From: Patellaria atrata CBS 101060
Lineage: Eukaryota
Assembly: GCA_010093705.1 (NCBI GenBank)
Contig: MU006100.1
Span: 718,745 to 782,744, forward strand
Length of the DNA: 64,000 bases
Direction of reading: 5' to 3'
Shown here: piece by piece, positions 24,388 through 37,868 of the stretch
How positions within the stretch are numbered: position 1 is the stretch's first letter
How the letters are laid out: each line of letters starts with the position of its first letter
Notes under the pieces: model-generated
Seen by the model: only the letters and a program-made list of their open reading frames with translations
What the model was told of the DNA's origin: nothing
Database searches by the model: none
Made by a program: the position numbers and the translations under genes

Positions 24388-25574
24388 ATGTCCTCCACAG
24401 GATCCACTCCGACCCCCGAACAGCAACAAAACCACAGCGATGATACGTCAAAGGAAGCAGCTGCGCGCACCAACCTGGAGAAGAAGCGAGCTCGGGACAG
24501 GAAGTCGCAGCGTGCAATGCGTGATAGGACTCGCTGGCAAATTCATACGCTGACTGAGCAGGTGACTGAGCTCACGCATGCCTTAAATCTCCAGGCCAGT
24601 GAGAAGGCTGAACTCATGACGCAGTTGTTGACGGTGAGTGAGGAAAATGATCACTTGAGGATTCAAAAAGCGGCGTTGCAGTTAAGATTATTGGCCGCAG
24701 GGGAGGGTGATAGTGAAGTAGCGGAGAATGGGGAGAGGATACCTAAAACATACGAGCAGGTTCCCTGGAATACGGGTGCCTGTTGCATGTCCGATCAAAT
24801 CTTGCAGAGAATTGTAGACGCGAGGCATGAGTATCTGAAAGGGACGCCTCCAGGAGAATCTGAGCCTTTTCCTGAGAGACTAGACTTCAGTAGCTTGTTT
24901 GACACCAATCTGAATCCGCATAGGAGTATGTACGAACCTGGACATGTCATAGGAGATATTGTAAGATCATATAAAGAGATCGAGACTCTCCCAAAGCAGG
25001 TAGCCGTATATTACTGCATGTACATGTTGTTGAAGGTACGTACCTTATAATCTGACCGGCGGAAGCTGTTATGCATTAAAAACCAATACATTTGACTCCT
25101 TTCTACAACCGTGCAGACGGATACTGACGTTACATTATGCAGTGGCTTGTCTTGCGTTCAGAACTCTCATACAAACGTCTTCCTGTTTGGCTACGACCAG
25201 AACCCGCGCAGTTGGAGGTAGGACATTCCGCATGGATAGACCGCCTTCCATGGTGAGTTCTGAATATAGGGAGCAGAATTGGTGATCTTTAACGACTCTT
25301 TAGGCCTAAAATTAGGACATACGTTATTGAAAATAACATCCCCTTCGATGACTTCGCAGCGGCCTATTCCTCCTCTTTCAATGTAAAATGGGACTATGAC
25401 CCCTCACATGTCCTCATATCGGTTCCAGGGCCAACACTAGGAACACCACAAATGATTATTAACCCTATCTATGAGGAGCATGTTAGACAGCTCTCGAACT
25501 GGACGGTTGGTCCTAACTTTCGACGTCGCTTTCCTGAGATGGCCAGAATCGTCGACGAATACACTCGCGACTAG
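24388..25574 (+). CDS. bZIP transcription factor with C-terminal DUF3425-type domain
   Basis: Basic region EKKRARDRKSQRAMRDRT followed by leucine heptads. Later exons give LPVWLRPEPAQLEVGHSAWIDRLPW/PKIR and INPIYEEHVRQLSNWTVG, typical of DUF3425. Two introns. Confidence 0.88.
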
Positions 25575-26954
25575 CACTTATTGTCAGATGCGAACTGGAA
25601 TGAATGGGAACACCCAACTTCCGCCTTTCTCAATCAATCATACACCATGCTTCTGGTCTGCATCTTAGGAGCGGTCTCGACTCTATTATTTATATTACTC
25701 AGGTTGTACAGTACAAGTTGACCCATCGATATGAATGCGTAGACTTTCGAAAACCCCCAGGTTATCCGGAACAAGCAGCTGGTATAGGATAAGCAGAGGT
25801 AGGGTGTAAAAGGGGACGGATTATGCAAAACTATGTTCTGAACGGGTTGACTCGCAGATGTACATCAGCTTCGATTTTACAACAGAAGGAGCTCTTGGGT
25901 ATGTCGAACTCTATGAGCAGACACTGAATATTTAACAAGCGTTCGGGGGCCCAGAGAATGTCAACCGCGAAAAAGGTGATAGTCTATAAGGTGGATGTTT
26001 CATGAGCTGGATCCTCACTTGCTGGTAGTATTAAATGGTCTAACATGGGGTCGGAAGAACGAATAGATTTGTACGTCGTATTCAACGTCGCAGAGTCCGG
26101 AATTTTCCAGGAGCCTTTCATGTACGTCGACTTTAACCAACGATCCCGTACAAACGCGAGATCGGATTTCCATACAAATGTACCTATTAGAATTGGGTAC
26201 AGCTATACCAAGTGGGATGGCTGCAACAATAGATACGTATAGGGTGACAAGCCCGGCACATAACTCGGCTTATCCATATCATTCGACCGCTCCATACATG
26301 TACGAAAACGCTTCTACAGTACCCGATTACAACACAGGAGTTCCCCTTGGGTATGGCTGCGCTGAGTTCACAGTGCCGGACATATTTGATCCTGTATGTA
26401 ATGAATAGGTTTTAAGGTAGGAGGAGCTTGTGATACCGCACTACGATAGAGACGTTTGGATGCATACGAGATGGCTTACAAACCTTAACAAATTCCGGGT
26501 TGTTGTTTGCAAATCAGTTAAACAGTGAAGATCATTCCTGGGACTTATATTCATCGCAACCGGATTTGGCTTTGAATCATGATCATCATAAAACAGTAAA
26601 AAATGACTAATTCAGGGTTCATCTTGGTTGGATAATTTAACTCTCTTTCACATGATCTAGATAATGTTTGACGATCTTTCGCAGTTATCTTCACAGCCTT
26701 CGGCGCGCGGAGTATGCGTGACCAACCTTTTCGTCACAGTACTCAAACCTCATGTGCACTCATTTAATCAAGATGTCTCTCTTGTTCTTCACTAAGATTT
26801 ACTTTCTATGACTAGGTATTTAGCTCCGCAAGGCAGCTTTCGCTATAATTTCTCTGCACAAAACTTCTCCTCACTTTCTTTAACAAGCCCTCCACAACCT
26901 CAGAAATTCTAGCGGTCGCTTAAGCTTAAGCAAACACACGCCCATATTCTCTGA

Positions 26955-29341
26955 ATGCCACGCAGGAAATCAGGTCAAGAGGTCATTATTATCAGCAGTG
27001 ATGAAGAGGATGAGATCACGATTACACGCCCGACACAAGGTGATAGACAAGATTCAGGAGAGACTATTGAAGCCTCTGCTGGTGTTCAGCCAACGCAGAA
27101 GGTTACTAAGCGGAGGAAGCAAAACCCATCGACTACCACAATGCACACTATGATGAACGATAGGCTGCCTCACGCCATGGGAGGAACAGCTACATACGGT
27201 GCGCCTACTTCTCGTCACCCTCATGGTCAACGTGTACAACTGCAAGCAATCAATTCAACTTCGTTCTTGGCGGACGGAACTTTTGTTCCTTTGGCGCCAT
27301 ATCGCCTTGGAAATGTTTCCAATCAACCAGGCGTTGCACGTCGCCAGGAAGCTGTGTGGGTCGCTCTCCCGTCCATCCCTGAGTTTGAATCTTCGAAGGA
27401 AGCTGAGGAGCCATCGACTGTCGAAGCGAAATCTCAAGATGCTAATATGCCACGTGAGTAAGTAACCTACAGGCTCATCGCATTTCTAACATGTTGCAGA
27501 CTTCGAATGGGTTCTGATGAAGCTTTCAAGCAACGCGAAGGCTCATCTCGACACACTATGTAAAGATCTACACGCTAAGGTCCTTATAGTGGACAACAAA
27601 GTGATCAAACAGCCACCCGTCATTCCACAAACCAACACGAATTTTCACGCCATGCATTGTTATAACAACAAACAAGTTCCGAGTGGGGCTGGTCGATCAG
27701 GAAGGCCATTAAAACTCCCCTATCGTACATCAGACCGTATTGATTGGACAATCATTGATAGAGGCACCTATGGTATCCAATTTTCGCACTGTAGCTGGAA
27801 GTACTACAAGAAACAGCCCAGTGAGGGGAATACACCTTGCTATTGGTGTAGGGAGCGCGGATATCTGTGCATAACTATACGAGTGTACTTCGATCCCCCG
27901 GAGGAAATGATCAAAAACCCATGCACCAACCTCAATGAAGCGTTGATCGTCACATGGGCCGTATATTGGGCATTTCGGTACGATGCTGATAAAGCAGGAT
28001 TCATTCTCAATTCGGAATCGGAAAGTGAGGATGACGAGCTGGAAGTTTCTGTTCAAGGAAAACCGCCACCAACGATGTCAGCGAGTGGAAGGGTGCGACC
28101 TCGTAGATACAAGCTTATCGAGCGACTGAAAACTGCTCCTCCTCCACATACCTATCTACCTGCGTGTGATATGAGTGCTTGGGAAGTTTTAGCCGTAGGT
28201 TTCAGCGCAAGTCCCATGAGGTTACCTCAATTACTGATCCCGAAGACAGTTCTTTCCCCATGCTATCCGAATCCCTCAATGCGCCCTCCGTCTAATCAAC
28301 AACGGTTGGAGCAGAGCTGATATTACTTGGTTCCAGGTCAGTACCCCAATCGAGATTTATCCCAAATGCTGACTCAGGCTATAGCTCTGGGCGCGAAATG
28401 AGTGTGAAGGGTTTTCTGTAATGGATGCTGATGCGATGATCAGTGCACATGCAAGCGCCGTAGGTCATAATATAAACAGCGCATTAGCTAAAGCAGCAGG
28501 AGTGGATAAACTCACAACCAGGGCGCATCGCAGGGTTCCCGATAACAACCTCAATGTCGAATCCTGGAACAGATACACTGACACCGTAAGACGTGGTCAG
28601 ACTATGATGCTTCTTAGGGATCTGCGTAAGGGGGTAGTAAATCGACCGAGTAGCATCTATGTGAGGGAACTTTCAATATGTTGTATGTTCGCGGAAGACT
28701 GGCCAGATCTTTACCTCACGACTGAGCATGTTCCAGAACTCTTCGCTAGTCTCCGTGTCAACCTGGTGCCAGTTCCCAATGGCAAGAATCTGGACGCAGA
28801 ATGCCTACACTTATGGCGCAAAGATGGACTAGTATCTGATGTTCTTAATAGTCCCGATACTCCTCAACCGAGAGTAATGTCAAACCCATCGGATGGCGCC
28901 ATTGTACCTGTGGAATTCCCGCTGAAAAACAGTTCAGGAGAGGAATTGGAACTAGACGATATACCTCCTGACTGGTTCCTGGTATGGTGGCCGCTCCACA
29001 CTGCTATTCGACTTCATGGTCTTGCAAGATATTTTCATACGATATTCCTAGACAGCTTAGAAGAGAAAGACATGCTCGAGTATAAAGAGACAGGGGTAGG
29101 GGAAGCAAAGTTGGACTTACGCATGCACGGAGAAAATGGCGAGGCTGGTCGACTCTCGGGTAGACTTTCCCCGTCACATCTCAACGACCAAGACTGCGAT
29201 GTGGCAGGTCCTAGTAATGATCTCGTTGCGCAACAAGTACCAGAAGAACATACGGTCCACTCTGGAGGACGACCTGGAAAGACTGAGACAGATTTGGACG
29301 TCAATCGGGTAGATGGATGTTCAAAAGGAGCGAACAAATGA
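26955..29341 (+). CDS. Hypothetical multi-exon protein of unknown function
   Basis: Three long same-strand ORFs joinable through GT-AG introns with branch points (~27457-27499, ~28195-28250, ~28337-28384); no family recognised. Confidence 0.6.
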
Positions 29342-30128
29342 TGGGGGATGACCGTCATATATATCGCAGCAGCTCGAGAATAGGTCTAATTCCTTCACAT
29401 CTTATCGCAGACCTAAGCCAGATATGACTGGACCACGTAAAATATTCCCTATCGTCCAGAAACTGCTTTGAGATGACAACCCTAACATCATTACCCCCTC
29501 CTTATTTCAGCGGGATTCTGGCTAGGCTATGTATATTTGATATAGGTCCTGAAACCCTTCACTCGTCCAGTAAGCTTCAGTTCATTTCACAATCACCTTT
29601 CCATCTTCTCATATCTCCGCCGACTTTGGCAGGGCGTACTGGTTCCTTGAACTTTCGTACTAGAAATCGCTACACAACTGATATCTAGGGGAATGTTTTG
29701 GGAGTCTAGGCGAGGAAAGCTCATGGTAGTTAATCTTCAATAGTTAATGTAATGGTAGCATGAAATCAGTAGCTGCATATAACGGGAGTCTTTCCCCTGA
29801 ACGTCTTCTCCTCAGTGAAATTATATCGTTACGGATGAGGCGAGGTTGAGATACCGCTTGCACGGTTGGGCCCGATGATAAGATAAGATCAACGTAAACT
29901 CCAATCAAGGCAAGTGGAAATGCATCCACGAGTACACCTATGTTAAACTCTTTCTAGGATTTCACCGAACGAAAATATCTTATTACTAAAAAGTAGGGGG
30001 AGAACTCAAAAGTACTCGAATTATACTTGTCGTTTTGTACTACTGTAGTTCTACTTTCTATATGCCAGGTGATTACCCGCAAAAACTCAGCTCATCATTA
30101 GACATGCATCAATGTTAACCATTTTATT

Positions 30129-31811
30129 TCAGTCATTGTTCAAAGCTTCATTCCGCAACTCCTCCGGTCGATACTGTGGCCTTACAAACTCTTTACCGAT
30201 CTCTCCAACATCCGCATGCGCCTCCAAAGCTTCATTGAGCCCCTGTCTCTGCACGCACTGATCAAACCGGAAACTCTTTGCACATTCTTCCAATTCTTCG
30301 AACGACATATCTCGGAAGAGTTCCGCAAACTCGGCTTGTACACAAGTGCTGACCCATATTTGGTTTATAATGCGTGTTATCTGTCGTTCGGTTGCCCATG
30401 GAGTTGGATACTGCAGTTTGGATGTCGGAGCTACACTATCGATCCAATCGACTAGGGGATTGATAACATCTTCCACTTGTTTAGATGGATATCGGCCCCA
30501 AGCATCTAGCTGGAGCTCTCGTTTGCGCTTCAGGAAAGGTTGAATTGTCTTCATCCACTTGCTGTTGGGATCGACATGAATCATTCCCTGGACTCCGATG
30601 TCCTGAATTTTGGTTAATCTCGTGGTATGCTGATAACAAGAAACAGCCCTGCTTACCTTGTACAGCCAGATACTCCAGTGTATCTTATATTTGTCGTAAG
30701 TGGTCAATTGCTGTTCTAGTAACTTGTATCTCGCCGCGTTCACCTCCTCGTGATCCGAATCCAGCTCTGGGTTCGCGTACACGGGCCCAAATTCACCGTT
30801 CCAGATAGGAGTTTTGGTCTTATACATAAATTCTGCTTTTCGAAGGAACTGTCTCTCGATCTTTTTCTTTTGCTCGTCTGTTCCTTCATACCTTTCACCT
30901 TTCGGGAAACCCATCATCTGCATATCAGTCAGTCATGAACCTCCATTACTTTAGGTCACCAGACCAACCGAGTAGTCGTGCAATGCGTAAACGCAATTTG
31001 GCAAAGCTTTGTCAAAGAATTTCCACTCCATTGCGAAAGTGTTGCCATCTAACCACAGAATATGATTAGAATCAATCTTTCGGATGGCAGTTTCTATCCT
31101 CTCATAAAATGCAGGTAAGCGCCAGTGCTCCGGATCGCAAGGCTCATTGAGCGGATTATATCCCGCAATCCACGGATTGTGCTTGTATCGTCGAGCAATC
31201 TGTTCCCAGAGCCACACCGTTCTGTCCTGGTGATCCTTGAAGTCCCAGAACGCCGCGTAGTTGGTGGTGTTGTCGGAATGCCAGTCAGGGTTTTGACCCC
31301 CTGGCGCGGTGTGCATATCCAAGATGGTATATATACCTTCTTTCGCGCACTCCATGGCCTTAGCATCTCATAACAATGAAAGTCCGGAAGCACATACAAG
31401 ATCAATTACTCTGTCTAAATGTTTGAATCCTTGCTCTTTCAGGACCCTAGGGTTCATATCGTCTTCCAAATGGCGATAGTTAAAAGGTATCCTCAAGCAG
31501 TTGAGTCCCTTGCTCTTGTAGAATTTGGCGTCTTCTTCCATGAAAAAGTACTCTAACCACTTATCAAAAAAGAATTCATACTTTTCCTCTCCCAGGACCT
31601 TCTTCATTGCCCTGCGATGTTGAGACTCGTGGCCAGGATAACCGGTAATGAAATTTTCCATACTGTATCAATAGGTTTAGTACACTGTTATCTTTACGGA
31701 AGGGGGTCGGTACTTCATCCAACCTCCCAACCCAGCTCCTCGCAGAATGATAGGTTTACCATCATTTCCCACCACGTTTTCCCCTTCTACTCGTAGTATA
31801 CCGGTTGACAT
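30129..31811 (-). CDS. Glycoside hydrolase family 5, intracellular (no signal peptide; GH5_22-like)
   Basis: LRGAGLGGWM/NMENFITGYPGHE, RIPFNYRH, LDMHTAPGGQN, acid/base YNPLNEP, HDYS and nucleophile WNGEFG; four introns. Confidence 0.92.
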
Positions 31812-32817
31812 ATCGAATGGGCTATTTGTAAATGTGAATTTGAAGCAGATTTGAAAATTAAATTGGATTTATATCGTTTGGGAAAGATTTATAGATGACT
31901 TCATAATTCTTTAATGGAGAACTTCATAGAGGGGTTCTCGTGTAATAATTCCTCTGCTCCCCTGACCATTTGCCGAGTCACCGTACAATGCAGCGTCACA
32001 TTTAGGCTAAATCAAAGGAAGAGCTAGTGACTGGCTGATACGGGCTAATCCAAGTCCCATCTATCATTCGTTTCTATATCTCATGCGCAACTAAAAGAAA
32101 ACAACAGTTCAAAAGATCAGAATATGTAAAATTAGAGTTTACTGCGGAATTTAATGTCGGGGACACTGAAAGAACAACATTACGAATACGGTTGGTTCAT
32201 TGCTGGGCGAATATAGAACTAGCGATATGACATGTAATCTAGAGCTCCTATGTAGTAAGTTGTGCTGCGTATGAAGCTTCGTTATAGATATTGGTGTCAC
32301 CTCAGAAGAATAAGATAACATTATACGATACCATCAGACCTGCCAGGCGCCGACCGTTCCAAACAACCCCAAAACAACGATCCCCTACGACATATCGAAC
32401 ATCTTCAAAGCGATATTTCCCTCATCATGCTCAGATATGGACCACATCGACGTTAAATACTTCCACTCCAGACCAAAATCATCATAATTAATTCTTCCAT
32501 TCACCCTGACCTCCAATATATATTGTGTTAACAAACTCAAAATCACTTCTCTATTACTTTTTCGTTTTCTTGTCTTTAGTAGCCAATTGATACTTAATTG
32601 TGGTTGCTCATGGTACTGAATTGGTTTCCTCTCGAGCTGGAGGTCTGGAATAAACGAGGCTTTATTCACCCAGTCCTTCCACCTCGTAGTCGACATTAGA
32701 AGTGAGTTTATACCAGTTGTTCTCACATTTTTTGCAATGAATTATAATCAAATAGTATTACTTCCCTACCTACGATCAGTATATTCTATGAATATGTGTA
32801 TATAAACACGAGATTGC

Positions 32818-35800
32818 TCAAAGGCCCCACTCTAGCTTGATTGTCTTCAGATATTCCTCAAGGCTGACGATATTATCGTCGACGAGCACCTCACCTCTAT
32901 TTATCTTCTTCTTAATCCGTGGGATATACAACATATCATGAGCTCTGTTGCAAACGTTATACGGTATTGAGCTAGATCTTAGTAGGTCAAGACAGTTAGG
33001 GCAGAAACTAGTATCGTAGCAGACTCGGCAGACATAGGAGTCGTCAGCAACGAGAAACTGCCGGCGGCAGGGTCCGTCACAGGTATAGGCGGCATAGCTA
33101 TCATCATCATCTTTCGCGACACCTGCTTCGTCTTCTAGAAACTCCTGTGTCCTGTCATCTTTCCTCTCGTCGGAAGGGGACTTTCGCTCCTCAGACTCTA
33201 TGGTGAGAGGATGCTCAATCTCAGTGTCTTCTTCTTCATCGCTATTAAGTGCATCCCAGAGGAACGGTCGTTGACAGTGAAATGCTGCAATTGCTTTCGT
33301 ATCGTCACCCGCCGCCATAAGCACTTGGGATAGTTGGTAGAAGCCTGAGTCGTCGTTATTCAGATCATCATCTGACAGGATTTGGATTGATTCCTTGATA
33401 TGCGGCTTGAAGCATTCCATAGCTTCAGGAATCCGATTCGCCCTGAAATACCACAAACCTAACACGACAGACGGGCCTGAGACGCTTATGAGGGATGGAA
33501 AAGTATCTATCGCCTTAGCCTTGTACTTTGCCAGTTGTTCCAGTTTTTCTACGTTCTCTTGACATTCCGATGAACCAAGTTTTGATTCGCAGGCCTTGGT
33601 ATAATAAAGAAGAGCCAGCTGTAATGCAGCTTGTGATCGTAGCCAAGCCATCTCGGTTTCCGCGTTTGTAGTCAAAGGTACGGTGTTATAGACTTTTCTC
33701 CATATACGCACTGCCTTAGCTTCTTCGAAGGCATACATATGGAATAATTGAGCAGCACAAAGTTCCAAGGCTACCTCGGTTGTTGACAACAAGTTCTTTC
33801 TTGCGGCTGCAACAGCAATAAAGTAAGCGTGAATCAAGTATGCCACGCTCGCTGTTCGTCCAGCAGCATCGCCGACCACAGGTGCAAAATCAGAGTTATG
33901 AAACTTTCTAAACCATAAAAGCCCCGTCAGACGGCTATAGTCTTCACCTGGGATCTGATATTCCAAACTTTTCAAAAAGTCCATTATTTCTTCATACTTC
34001 TTCGCCTTGAAAAGAGTTCGCACTGCAAGGTCTGCCATATCGTATATGTCTCCGTCATTTCCGAATGAAACTTTCGCATAGTGAAGACAGTTTTCCTCAT
34101 CACCTATTTGCTTGTACTGTTCAGCAAGGGCTTGCTGTACAGTTGCAAGACGCTTAACGGTTTGAGAAGTATCATTGCCAATCGCTTTCTGATCTTGGAT
34201 GACTTGTTCGAGAATAGCCTCACTCTTGAGCTGTGCTTGGAGAGCTTTATCATAAGAACCTTGAGCTGCGTACATGCTGCCGATACCAGAGAGAATGAGT
34301 GAATCTGAAGGGTCCAATTTGAGGGCCTGTTCGAAGTGTTCTTTAGCAGAATCATAGAATTTGTAATCGCTGAGAACGATCGCTAGCCGTCTATTCCAAG
34401 TAGCATCTTCCTCAAAATTGAATGATTTTGCGGTGTTTACGACGACTTCTACTGATATTTGTTGCGCCACAGATTTCGACCCGAGGGAATTGATTTTATG
34501 AATGATCTGGAAGCAAATTTCTGGTACCCAGTTCTTTTTCTTAAGCCATTGCATTGCTAAAACGCCCGCTGCATAAGAAAATATTGACGTAGGGTTATTA
34601 TGGCAACTATTTACCCAGTCCAGATCCTCGGCAGTGAGAGAGCTCAATACGTCACCATCCTTCAGCCAGCTTAATATAAGGTCAATAGTGCTCTGTTGAT
34701 AGAAAGAAGTACTTCGTGAGGCAATGAACCGCTCCGCGTCTGCGCCAGAAGTCAGTATCCTGACGAGGTAAGTGCCTATCAATGCCTTGTCTTCCATCCC
34801 AACATTCTCCGGTTTCATATATTCCAGTATAGATATCAGGTGGTCTTCTGCAAAGTCCTTTAGAGAGGAGTATTTTGCGCTATCATTACAGAATACGTCA
34901 AAGCAGATCTTTAGTGCATCTACGCGAGCTTCATGTATGTTAACTCCGATCTCTGGACAGTTAGCACCATCTGCTGATATCTTCCCTTGATCTGGATCTC
35001 TGAAAAACTCGCCAATAGAAGCATGACAAAATGTCACCTCCGTTGTAGATTTGTTCGAGTCAAAATCGGTCTCCGTATCTAGATCGTCCATTCCTCCATC
35101 ATGTTCATCGTGGTCGGTCTCATTTCCGTCATCATGGTCCCTTGAGGCTTGATTCTGAAGGTCCCCGGTGGAGAGACCATCTTCTCGCGTCACCGTAAAG
35201 AAAGACGCATACTGCTTCCTTAAGTTTCCTTCTAGGTATATCATTCCATCTCCAGTTTGAGAGCGAACTTTCAAGATAGCGTCAAGTTCGATTAATTTGA
35301 GAGGTCGTGAAGCGCAAGCCACGTAGGCCAGAAGCGTATTGAGGTCATCAGGCTCCTCGTCATTCAGCGATTCAGAAAATCCTTTAAGAACATGCCTAAG
35401 CATATTTGTTAGGTCCCTCGGAGCTCGGTTGAGCTTTTCACGTATTGTAGATTCTCTTGTGGCCCGGTTTAGTTCCCTCAACATCAAGTCCACCCATAAG
35501 AACATGCCATTGGCTCCATCGGTGAGTTTTGAGACAATTTCTTCCTGTAGAGTTTTGGACGTTCGTCTGAGTACCCTCGACTTGCGTATACTGATTTGGA
35601 TATATGAGACTATATCTTCCGAGTTTTTGGCAGATGTGATCTCTATAGTCGGCACACTTTGTTCCAGGCCGTCCTCAATGTCACCAAGGACTTGTGGGCG
35701 TCCTACCATTGCTAATTTAATTCTGGACGCATTTTGTTCTACCATAGGTCAGGAGTAAGCAGACAAGAGTTAGAGGCTATGGATACCAGTTTTTACCTCC

Positions 35801-37321
35801 CCAAGAAGATCTAGAAAGGTATGTCTTTCATCGTTGTACGCTTCGTCCATCCCATCTAAGAGGATAAAGGCGCTACTATCGTTCTCTTTCGATTTGGTAA
35901 AATAATCGACGAAGAGTTTTCTCCATGCGCTGCGTATGGTTTGAATATCGGAAGCAGTTGTAATCTGTTTCCCTACGTATTTGGCGTATAGCGGATCGTT
36001 TTGACTGGATCAATATTATGTTAGCTCTGCTAGCACCGCGCCTACTTCCAGATTTTGCTCGCGCTCCAAAGGAAGTATGAGTGATGCACTGAAGAAGTAC
36101 TCCTATGAGTTATAGTTCACGGCGAAGTGGCGGATACATCTTATTCAAAGAGGACAGGAATTACACACACCAAATCTGAAAGCTAATATCCCGCAGTGCT
36201 TGATGGACGGATCTTGTCTCAGGACTACTATCTTTGAAAAAGAAGTAAGCAATGGACACGTGGGAGGAATCGTTGACTCTTTGGGGATGTTGCTCCCGTA
36301 AATATGATATAATACTTGACGATAAGAATGATTTTCCACTTCCAGGGATACCGCTCACGTAAATGATGGGACTTTGCTTTTCAGACCAGGCTTGAAAACT
36401 CGGTTCGCGCTGCACCCAATTACCCGTCCCCAGAACACGATTCTTGCTGATATCATCGTAGAAATCCTGAGGGTGAACAGAAGGCTGCAGGATAGCTTTA
36501 ATCGAGCCTAAGAAGTCATCCGCCCCAACTCCGGTTCCAGATCCGCCAGTCACCGAGGTCAATCTGCTCAGCTCTTGTCGTACTCCTGTCACGTCAAGGC
36601 TCATCTCTCTGATCATGAACGCAGTCTCATTGACCGCTGATGCAGTAGCACTCGTTGTGTACGTTAGCTTCTCTACGTCCCGACCCGTTCTCTTCAGATT
36701 GATAAAGCTTTCTGCCGCAACTAAGCTTTCTTCGGTCTCAGTTATTCTTGCGAGCTTTTTCATTGCCCCTCCTATGGCTTCATCATAGCCAGTAAACAAA
36801 TTTTTGACAAATTTCTTGACCCTACCTTGTTGCATCAATTTAGTGGAAAGAGCAAAGACTTCGAGTAGAGTAGCGAGAACCTCGGCAAGCTTGACCATCA
36901 TATCTTGAGATAATTCTTCTTGGTTGTAGATCTTTAAGCGCACAGTGAAGTGCCTCAAGGTCTCGAACAGTTCCTGGATAGCGTCATACGCTGCAGTCAC
37001 ACCCCGTGCGGCATATATCATTACTGATACAGCCCCAAAGAGAACACATGTCTGGGGAAGCACCTGAACAGCACCGCCCTCGGAAACCTTGCTGAGCACT
37101 TCAAGGGGATGGAGGGCTGCGTCAAGCGCGCTGAACACGTTGCCATGGTGTTCCCTGAAGCTAACAAAAGAATTATTTTGCCTTCTTATCAAGTCCATGA
37201 GGTCCTCCGTGGCGGTTGGCTTCGGAAAAGAGCTGTCCGATACCCGTTGACCCGTCGTATCGGCATACCGGGCTAAAGCTGCGTTCCAAATGACAGCAAA
37301 CTGATCTTCAAGACCACCCAT
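32818..37321 (-). CDS. Fungal NLR-like STAND protein: Goodbye-like N-terminus, NACHT NTPase, TPR, C-terminal ZZ-like zinc finger
   Basis: N-terminal FAVIWNAALARY...F-x-x-FR; Walker A GIPGSGKS; IAYFFF; Walker B FILLDGMDEA; ANGMFLWVDL; TPR-like AKEHFEQALKLDP; C-terminal CDGPC..CRVCYDTSFCPNC..CNRAH; two introns. Confidence 0.88.
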
Positions 37322-37868
37322 TAGCTCTACGTAATAGTTCAGAAGCTAATGCAAGTATCAGAGGACGTATGGTATGGACTGAAAGAGGGAAGGGAACATG
37401 AGTTGACGATGTGAACGGATGTGAAATAAGGAGGTGAAAGATATTATCTATACTCATGGTGATAGGACTAAAAGAAGATCTGCGGTTTACTTTATACTTG
37501 CTGAGACAGCAGCGCTAGAGTAGGAATCCTTGCCGACATGCTGTGGGGGCGAAAAGTCTTTGGCCTACCCTACTAACACTATTTGATACTTTCCATTCTC
37601 GATCACCTCTAACTTGCTCCGTATGTGTTGGGTTAGAAGTCCAAGATATATTACCCAGACGGGATGGGGTTCGTCGGCTGACGTAATTTAGTTCTATACG
37701 CTCCCATCACTACCTTGAGATCACCGGCTGGATGGTCCTGTCCAAGAACATCTCATAGTTCTACCTTTTGCACAGGGCACACTCGTCCTTAATTAGATCT
37801 CCAACTGGTCAACTCTCTGGACAAGGGCGGTACTTTTCTTCTTCTCCCTATCATCTGTAGCTATCCGA

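Noticed and set aside
26045..26408. Two short overlapping ORFs
   Set aside because: No recognisable motif or convincing splice model.
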